From Eledone cirrhosa (Eukaryota), in NCBI GenBank assembly GCA_964016885.1, contig OZ024746.1, positions 94,550,001 through 94,614,000 on the forward strand: 64,000 bases of DNA, given 5' to 3'. The notes beneath the pieces are model-generated. The model saw nothing but the letters and a program-made list of their open reading frames with translations, made no database searches and was not told where the DNA came from. Below, in pieces: positions 54,621-64,000 of this stretch (its first letter is position 1; the number at the start of each line of letters is the position of its first letter). The translations under genes and the position numbers were made by a program.

Positions 54621-54839
54621 AGCAGACTTATAAGTAAAGGCATTCTTGTCATTATAGTCGTCCATTGCTCCTATGTGCAATAACGTTAGGAAATACATCA
54701 ACCAATGACCACCTCATTTTTAAAGCGATACAATGTGATTTGAGGGAGGTATGGTGGCTATTTCTAGCAGGTAGAGCGACCGCTGAAAAGCTTACTCCTT
54801 ATTACTTTAACAGACACAATGTGCGCCCATGGTTTAGAG

Positions 54840-54982
54840 CAGGCGTGGACAACCTTTTTCGAGCAGTGGACCGCATAGGATGTGTTCATCATGAGGCGGG
54901 CCACTACTAAAATGTTTAAGGCAGTTTTGAAATTGGGCGTACCACTCAGAAATACATACGGGCCGCAGTTTGCTCATGAGAG
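54840..54982. mobile_element. hAT-type MITE (family of 30208 and 62448)
   Basis: CAGGCGTGGACAACCTTTTTCGAG start; TSD GTTTAGAG/GTATAGAG. Confidence 0.7.
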
Positions 54983-55959
54983 GTATAGAGGGTATGGTCG
55001 GTTAAGTCGACGCTAGTATTTGCCTGTAACCTTTTTAAACTGTACCCTTTTTAAACTGTACCTATTTAAATTGTACCCTTTTTAACCCTGCCTTTTAAAA
55101 TTTACCACTTTTTAACTGTACCCTTTATATCTACCCTTCTTTCTCACATTCGAAATAACGAGAGGCAGACTCTCACTCTGTGGTCTTTAAACTACAAACA
55201 TTATGAGCCTTTTATTTGGAACTCTATCGAATCACTCACTAACTACATTTTATTGCGAACAGACGCAAGAACACATACTTTAGCTGCAGGCCATGGCCGA
55301 TTGTTAAGACACGTGGTTTAGTAGTTAGAGCATTTGGCTCACTGGCCATGAGTTCGATTCCCGACTGTGAATTGTGTCCTTGAACCAAACATTTGATTTA
55401 ACATTGCTCCAGTTCACTCAGCTGGAAAAGATCAATCGGCTGGAAAAGATCAATTGTGTCTGTGATTCAAAGTAACAGTCTTGTTATAAACTGTGTCATG
55501 TTAAATCTCCACGAGAACTGCGTTAAGGTTTCACGTGGTTGTTGTATGCTCAGTGATTCACGTTAACTTTACTCACACGATTTACGGCATTCGTTCTGAG
55601 TTCAAATCCCACCGGGTTTAACTTAGCCTAACATCCTTTCGCGGCCGATAAATAATAGACCGATATTTCTTCACTCTCTTTCTCCGGAAGAAATAGGCTT
55701 TGGTCTGATTTGGAGAGAGAATGTACACTGTCAAGATGCGCGGTATGTAACGATGGCACCCTCATGACTCTATAAAGAGTTAAGGGCTAATTTTGATTCT
55801 TAACATAGACACAAGGACTCAAATTGAGGGACGAGTATAGTCTATATTTTACAACACCTGTGAGTGTCCAACTATTTTTACCTGACATGACATTGTTTTT
55901 TATATAAAATATACATACATTGTTAGTGCGATCATATATATATATATATATATATATAT

Positions 55960-56037
<78 letters not shown>

Positions 56038-57899
56038 CAATCAAACGCAGAAGTCAATAGTACGTAGTGTTATTAGCTTCACGCTTGCTGAGAGTGGCGG
56101 GAGGAGTTACGACGTTTTGGACATAAGTCCTTCATCAATAAAGTAGAGAGGAACTTCGAGGGGGAGTAAGGAGGGAATTTAACAGGAAGAACACAAAAGG
56201 ACAGGAAAAATCAAATCAAAAATAAAAATGAAAAATGAAAATAAATAAAAACAGAATTAAAAAAATATAAAAATAGAATTAAAAAAAAGTGAAAATTAGG
56301 AGGATGTGATGGGTGTACAGATCCGGAATGGCAAGGGTGTGGTAGTGTGTATAGGGGTGGGTGGAGGGAGAGAGAGATGTGTGAGTGTATGGCTGGCTCC
56401 ACTAATGTGTTTATGTTTATACTAGTTTAAAAAATGGTAGTTATTTATATTGCATCTTCTTTTGTATCCGGTAACAGTTTTGTATTTCGACAAATACTAA
56501 TCTCTACCCCCACATACCTGACTGAAATAAGCCATGGGTTCGATATGATCAACTGAAAGAATACCTGAAGACAGTGCCCCAGCGTAGCCGCAGTCCAGTG
56601 ACTGATATCAGTAAGATAATACGACAAGTTTCGAGTTCAAACCCCGATGAAGCACAATACTAACTAACGTTGTTATGAAGATTTATCCTGTCAGTTTGGC
56701 GCCCAACTTATTTCTCTATATCTTGTTGGTAGCTTTAATTATATTATTGACAACGTAGAGATGAAAACATCAAGTTAATTTGACGTAGGATTCGATGCAA
56801 CGAACCGTCAGCAAATACGATTTCCGGAGTGTTTACTTCTGAGCACAACATATTGATATGCCTGACAGCACACTGCGTAGGCGCCATCGTCTATTCTCGC
56901 TATACGCCTTTTGCAGTACATCTAGTGCGTACATTTCAATACATTACAATACATTACATTATATTACATTAACTAACTATACAAGATCAATATATATCGC
57001 ACCATTGAGGATAGTGAGAGGCCGATGTCAATTGAGCATATGACTAAATACCTTGCGGTATTTGGTTACGTCGCTCAACGCTCTGAGTTTGAATCCCATC
57101 CCGATTGGTTTTATCTTTTATCTTCCATGAGTTGTTATATAGTGTTAGATTTAACCTACTATAAGTATGCTCTCCCAAACTTTGAGTCCTTGTGTCGATC
57201 TCAAAAATACGTCTAAAAATTAGCAATCGATATTTATCCTACGATAGGTAGAAAGGTGGTGTAAATAGATGTCGTACAACTTTTGGTTTCAATACTGTCG
57301 ATGAAATCAATGTAACTTTTAATTTAAGCCATAGGAGATAAACAGTAATTTACTGGGGTCAATTAAAACTATTACGCTTTCTCCGAGAAAAAAATAGGCG
57401 TTGTACTGGCACGAAACATGACAGACTTTTCAATACTCTGTAGCGGCCCCTGGCCACATTATTCCATCCATATCGGTATTTTATCCGATTTTTAAGATAT
57501 TATTTGTAGCAATAGACTGATGTTACTGGTATTTCTCTGCGTTTGGGGTACCCACATTTTCTAAAATAATTTCAAAATACTCTCCTTCCGGTTGAAGGAG
57601 TGTTTGATGACACTGCACCTACGACCGACTCAGGAATAAGTGGGCGAAGATGAAGACGAATAGAAGCTTGTTTACATCTACTCGGCATAGCTATCGAATT
57701 CAGACGGAGTCTGATGCAAGAAGTCCCATAGTTCGATTCCACACACCGGCTGCTGGACCCCACTTTTTCCTGTCCATTCGCGTATTTTCTCTGCTATTAT
57801 TTATAGTAATCTACTGTTGTTACAGTTATTTTCTCTGATTTTATTTTTATAAATCTTTAAACGAATCTGTCTCTCTATCTCTCTCAATCGCTTTTTCTT

Positions 57900-57995
<96 letters not shown>

Positions 57996-58032
57996 GAAGA
58001 TCGTTTAAGAAAAATCTTTGTCCAATTGAGTT

Positions 58033-58117
58033 TGTTTCCTGATGATTTCAAAACTCGTTGATTTATCTATGATCGGATATTTCCAAAAAGCGAATGAAAC
58101 CTCCGGGGGTAGAAACA
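58033..58117 (+). ncRNA. Type I hammerhead ribozyme with a long stem II insertion
   Basis: TGTTTC-CTGATGA-TTTC...GAAT-GAAA-CCTCCGGGGG-TA-GAAACA; 6-bp stem I, near-palindromic stem III, GUA site. Confidence 0.72.
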
Positions 58118-58408
58118 TGATTTTGGTATGTTTATGTACATTTTTTCTTCTAACTTTAATTTTGTACCTAATTATGTATGGTTAACTATATGTCTAGTCA
58201 ATTTCTACGAGCTATTAGAAATACTAGGTAAATCTTCTGTGGCTGTGGATCGTGGATAAAATAGCTATCATTTATTTATCTATTGTTTCTTCATAGGTAC
58301 ATTTTAAACTTATAGCCTCGTTTAATTGATTTTTTTATGTGGTTAATTATGCTGATTGGGAGAAGAAATATTGTTATATTTTATCAATTGATTCTATGGA
58401 CTTACTTT

Positions 58409-58479
<71 letters not shown>

Positions 58480-59000
58480 GTCATTTGATCGTCGGAGACT
58501 GTCTTGCGGTAGTTGTTCAGGCTGTCTGCCTTCAGAGTTTAAAATTGCACCGAGATTGCTTTTCGTGCTTATTAGAACGATAACTCAATTACTAACTAAA
58601 CTAAGTCAATATAGATGGATTTGCCTCCAGAGTTAATATTCTACCTCCCATCACTGGACTGACCAAGTAGTTGAGGCACTCTTCTGATTCATTTGTTCTC
58701 AGATTCGATCGCAGTGTGTGGTATAATTCATGATAGAATCCAGTTAACCCCAGCTTTCTGAGTGAAACAAGGTAGACGGAAAATATTTGGAAGCCCGTCG
58801 GATGGACTGTACCTTTAGCTCACTCTGAATCTCCCTGAGAATTACGTTATGGGTTGACGTGACGTGTCTGTGGAATGGCCATCCACTTACGTACGAATAC
58901 CATGTGCAATCTATTCCGTTGATCGAAGAACTGGAACATTCTTCGTCGAAACAGACGTTAGACCATTCTCTCTCTCTCTTTCACACACATACACACACAC

Positions 59001-59085
<85 letters not shown>

Positions 59086-59102
59086 TTCTATATATATATA
59101 TT

Positions 59103-59147
<45 letters not shown>

Positions 59148-59156
59148 TATATATAT

Positions 59157-59188
<32 letters not shown>

Positions 59189-61554
59189 GTATACATATAT
59201 ATAATTGTTTTTACTTTTGGCACAAGGCCAGCAATTATACCAGTGTATTACTGGTACTTTATTTTATCGACCCCATAAGGATGAAAGGCAAAGTTAACCT
59301 CGGCGGATTTGAACTCAGAACACAAAGGGCCATAACTCTATGCTGCAAAGCATGTTGTCTGGCGCTCTGCCGATGTGTGTGCGTGTTTTTGCTTTTGTGT
59401 TTATATTTACACCGTTCTGTAAACTGTTGTTTTTATTATCCTGTCCCTTTACACCCCATGAAACAGCGGATCAACAAATAGAGATCGATAAACGATGTAC
59501 CAAGCTAATATAATCGACTAAATTGTTGCATGTTGTCTACAGCATGGCCATACTCCAATAGCTGAAGTTTGTAAAAGAATTATTATTAAAGCCACAACAT
59601 GCCTAAACACGAATGATTTACTGATATACACATACTTGAACATACTTAAACACTTATATAAATACTGTCATAGTCAAATGCACAAATCTTTACGAATATT
59701 TATAAAGCAAACGATCTATACAGCAGTTTCCTAATCTTAAAGCACCAGCCGCCCTTTCAACTTAAAGGTTTCACTATTTCTTGAAACGATACATCAATCA
59801 CTGCTAACATTTCACTAAACTTCCTTTATTTAAAATGGCTAATCTTTGGCAAATATCTGTTTCATAATTACTTTCAGTCAAAGTAACTAAAATTTGATAA
59901 ATATTTTCTTTTGACCATATTACTTTCAAAGTCTGTATATAATAGTTCAGTGAAGTTGTAGAGATCAACAGTAAGTGTTCTTTATAAAAAGTCCTCAATC
60001 GTTGAGCTGGTAATCTGATTACAAATACACAATAGAGAAGTAATGATGAAATTTTCTGTACATATGTTCAGATAATATTAAATCGGGAGAGAGTCGGACA
60101 CCATGCTTTGAAGCATAGAGTTACGTCCCTTTATGATCTGAGTTCAAATCCCGCCGAGGTTAACTTTGCTTTCATCATACGGGGTCGATAAAATAAAGTA
60201 CCAGTAATGTACTAAAATAGAAAAATTAATATTGGTTTCTGATTTAGGTACAAGGCCAGTAATTTGGGGAAGGGAAAGTCAATTAAACAACCCCAGTGCA
60301 TTACTGGTACGTTATTTTATCTATACCACTAAACCTTAAGAAAATAGTTATCGAATCTCAAACTGCTCTGCTACAAAAGACTCCCCTGTTTGGGCACTAT
60401 TTATATACTCAGAAAAGTACTCTTTATATAAGATCCTTGTTGAAATTTGACAGGTTGTAGCAGATCCAGTACTTATCATATTCACTATCAATAATAACGT
60501 TTTCTGATTTAGGCACAAGGCCAACAATGTTTGGGGAAGGGGAAAGTTGATTAAATCGACCCCAGTACATTACTGATACTTTATTTTATCGATCTCATAA
60601 GGATGAAAAACAAAGCTAACATCGGCGGGATTTGAATTCAGAACGTAAAGGTCGAATAAAAATAATAAAAAGAAGATTTGTTATATCTTCATTTCGTTTA
60701 TTGAGTAGTGACGCACGTTTCGCTATTGATCAGCTCAAGGTTCGATCTGTATCGATTTAGCCCGACTCTGGAATCAAAAGCTCGTTGGACCTCTGCTGTG
60801 ATCATAACATTACTGGTTATTTATTTTATCGATACCATATTGATGAAAAGCAAAGCTAACCTCGGCGGGATTTGAACTCAGAACGTAAAGGGCGTAACCC
60901 TATGCCCACTGCCAAAATATTAATATTACGTACAAAATTGACAAAATTGTTAGAGTTTCAGATAAAATAACTTTGTGGTTTTTGTTCTGGCTCTTTACAT
61001 TTTAAGTTCAAATACCACAGATGTCAACTTTTCCGTTCATCCGGGGCCGATAAGATAAAGCACTACTCAAGTACCAAGGTTGATTTAATCGATTTTATGG
61101 TTGCCGTTATTTGGCCCACTATAAACATATAAGTCCTCATTCGGCAGACGTATTATCGAACACATTCAAGCCATGAATATATCGTATCAGGGACCAAATA
61201 CATTGTCTAAATTACCCTTACCTGTTTTTTTTTAAAAAGGCTGCGGTATAATTTGAAAAAAGATATATATAGCTGCTACTTTTAGCTGTCTGAATGACCA
61301 GGAAACGGCTTTTACATTGTCCTGTCTTGCTCAATGGTTAATTAAACTGGTCTCATATAAACAGTTTTTAACTGTATGCATGGTATATTTGGCAATATAC
61401 CGTATGTTTAATTAAAAACATTTAGAAGACCATACGCTATCGGTTTTAAAGTAGTGACTATGTCACTTAATTCTTTTGGGCGAAAGAAGGGAGAGAAGCT
61501 GACAGTCTGTTTCACGCTGTTTGGTGTTCATATATATATATATATATATTATAT

Positions 61555-61890
61555 ATCAGATAGGGTGTGGTAAAATACCAGGTGGACCCTAACGCTCCAG
61601 AGTACTCGATACTTGGGGAAGTAGAGCGGGTAATATGAAAAGATTCAAAACCCCGACGGCTGAGCTCCGGCCGTTTCGACAGCTAGATCCGAACTAAATC
61701 ACCGGTGAACCCTCCAGAGTACTCGATACTTGGGGTAGTAGAGCGGGTAATATGAAAAGATTCAGGACCCCGACGGCTGAGCTCCGGCCGTTTCGACAGC
61801 TAGATCCGAACTAAATCACCGGTGATTTAGTTCGGATCTAGCTGTCGAAAAGGCCGGAGCTCAGCCGTCGGGGTCCTGAATCTTTTCATA
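61555..61890 (-). mobile_element. Fold-back element, GACCCCGACGGCTGA family, copy 4, with an added partial tandem repeat
   Basis: Direct repeat about 61595-61708 / 61711-61825, then fold-back about CACCGGTG to 61890; (TA)n flanks. Confidence 0.85.
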
Positions 61891-62447
61891 TATATATATG
61901 TGTGTTGTGTGTGTTTGTGTGAGTTTCTGCGCCTGTGTGTGTATGTTTGTATGCGTGTATTACATTATCTAATGTCACCCTTCTGTTTCCGAAGACGGTA
62001 GGGTTTGCTTGATCAGAAGCTTGCTTGCTATTTCTAGCAGGTCAAGTGACGTCTCCATATGTACTGGTTTCCTCATCTATTCCTATACTTAGAAAACCGT
62101 GGGCATGATGTACAAATATGAATTACTCTACGTACAAAGAGGTTTCCTCGTTGATTCGTGACTATCAAGTTATAACTATTTATGTAATTTTAATTTGACC
62201 ACATAATGCTCCATTATCTTGAACGGTTTACCCACATATGCATCTTATGCTATTTTGATAGACATTGATGCTTTTGTGCAGCAAAATGATGCATCATAGC
62301 TTTAATGAACTCACTGATGCACCATAACATTCTTTCTGCATATAAATACCTTACTGTTATATACATAGTCTGCAAAATGTTCTCCTTATATGCATCAGGT
62401 TTCTTAACTATGCAGCAGCTCTCATCCTATTTTTATACTCTTTAAAC

Positions 62448-62609
62448 CAGTCATGGGAAAACTGCAGCTAGCGAGCCGCATGCGGCCCGTTTGGCTTTCT
62501 GAATGGCATGCCTAATTTCAAAATTACCTTGAATGTTTAGTAGTGCGGCCCGCCTCATGATGATTGCATTCTATGCGGCCCACTGCTCGAAAAAGGGTGC
62601 CCATGTTTG
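62448..62609. mobile_element. hAT-type MITE
   Basis: TIRs CAGTCATGGG / CCCATGTTTG with 8-bp TSD CTTTAAAC. Confidence 0.8.
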
Positions 62610-63121
62610 CTTTAAACTCTCTTTTTCTTTCGCTCTGTCTTTCTTTTAATCTTTCCCTCTCTTTGGTTTTAACTTAGGTGTTTCTGTTCCGTTTTTTTTT
62701 TTTTTGTTCCTACTGAGGAATTTTATCCAATTTATTCAATTTATCCAATTTATTCAACAACTATTTGCGGTGTTCAGCTATTCTTCTTGGGGTTGCCTTC
62801 AAAGCAATTTGTTGAAAGGTGGGTGAAAGTGGCCAGAATGTCTCGAGTGAATGGGCCTGGTCTAATAGTGTGCCTGTAGATTGAAGGAGGAGCTATATAC
62901 CAATATCCCAAGATATCTACAGACCAGAGATTTGATCAAAATACTTTCCACGGACTAGATTAAGCTAACGATACTCAACGGCCAGATTGTGGTGTTGAAA
63001 CTGGCTGTAGATTAAGTCTGCAACTAACACATGTGATTCCAACTTGACCCAAACCGGCTCTGATTCTATGAAGCAACATTTTAAAGGGTTACTTTTTTAA
63101 AATTAAAATCTTCCCAATATA

Positions 63122-63289
63122 CCGTATTTCCCGGCGTCGAAGACGCTACTTTATTACTAAAATAAGTCTCAAAAATCTACCATGCGTCCTGGAGGCCGAA
63201 GGCTTTTTATTATTTTTTTTCAAATCTTTGGTTGTCAAAGTTAGGGTGCATCCACGAGGACGAAGCGTCTTCGGCCCCGGGAAATACGG
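63122..63289. mobile_element. Tc1/mariner(pogo)-type MITE
   Basis: TIRs CCGTATTTCCCGG / CCGGGAAATACGG flanked by TA. Confidence 0.8.
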
Positions 63290-64000
63290 TATTCTACATT
63301 ACTATAGATTTTGTTATATACATAAATATTTATTCTCAATACACGTGTTTCACTCACAAAGTTGGCTTAAAAACCATTGATAATTACATAAATATGAAAA
63401 AGAAACATAAAAATAAAATGAAGTAATGACAAAAAGGGGGAAGGGGTAAAGAAGGGCAGATCTGGTTGTATGGAAAAGTAGAGGAAAGGACTATAAATAC
63501 CAAAAATAAAAATAGGGAAAAGGCAAGGACTCATGGGCCACAGAACAAAAGGGAGGGGAGAGGGTGATGGGTTCTGGGCATAGGGCGGGGCAGTGTTTGG
63601 GCTGCGCCCGTTGACAGAGCTTAACAATGATTTAATTTATAATTTTAGTAAATTCCTCAAACCTTTACATTAATTAATTAAAATAGAGTGTATTTCATTA
63701 AAGATACGGGATTTCCACTGAGACACCGTTTCCAAATACCAGTCAAATTACTTGGATGAAACCAAGGATATGGTAAAACATAGTTGGATTGAACGCATGA
63801 AGCAAATGTTTAAAACTTCCTTCGCTAATTATGCATGTGCTAAATTTCTCTTTAATAGTGATGATTAGGGGAAGGAATATCAAGTGGAGGAGGAGGAGCA
63901 GGAAAAAAGGTGGGGGGTTATTGCTATTTTATCTTGCATCTTATTTAATGATCCAAGCGTGTGTATGCTTGTAAAGAAAATAACATACACTACAACGATA

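Overview
AT-rich, repeat-saturated animal genomic DNA, intronic or intergenic. The SINE family and the extreme (TA)n/(CA)n/(GA)n load suggest an octopus (inference). Nearly all ORFs in the track are microsatellite artefacts and no host gene can be firmly called. The real coding signal is from transposons: an uninterrupted 5'-truncated Penelope-like element (PLE) RT+GIY-YIG ORF (3922-5202), three further PLE GIY-YIG fragments, a decayed R4/Dong-type LINE, RTE-clade LINE pieces (one ending in three C2H2 zinc fingers), more than 20 tRNA-derived SINE copies, hAT and TcMar MITEs and a non-autonomous Helitron. The most striking pattern is about 15 asymmetric fold-back inserts (inverted arm + arm + unique tail), mostly inside (TA)n tracts and from many unrelated sequence families. 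About 17 intact or decayed minimal hammerhead-ribozyme cores accompany them. The largest fold-backs still enclose PLE endonuclease coding sequence, which links the set to PLE retrotransposition. All calls were made by eye and coordinates are approximate.
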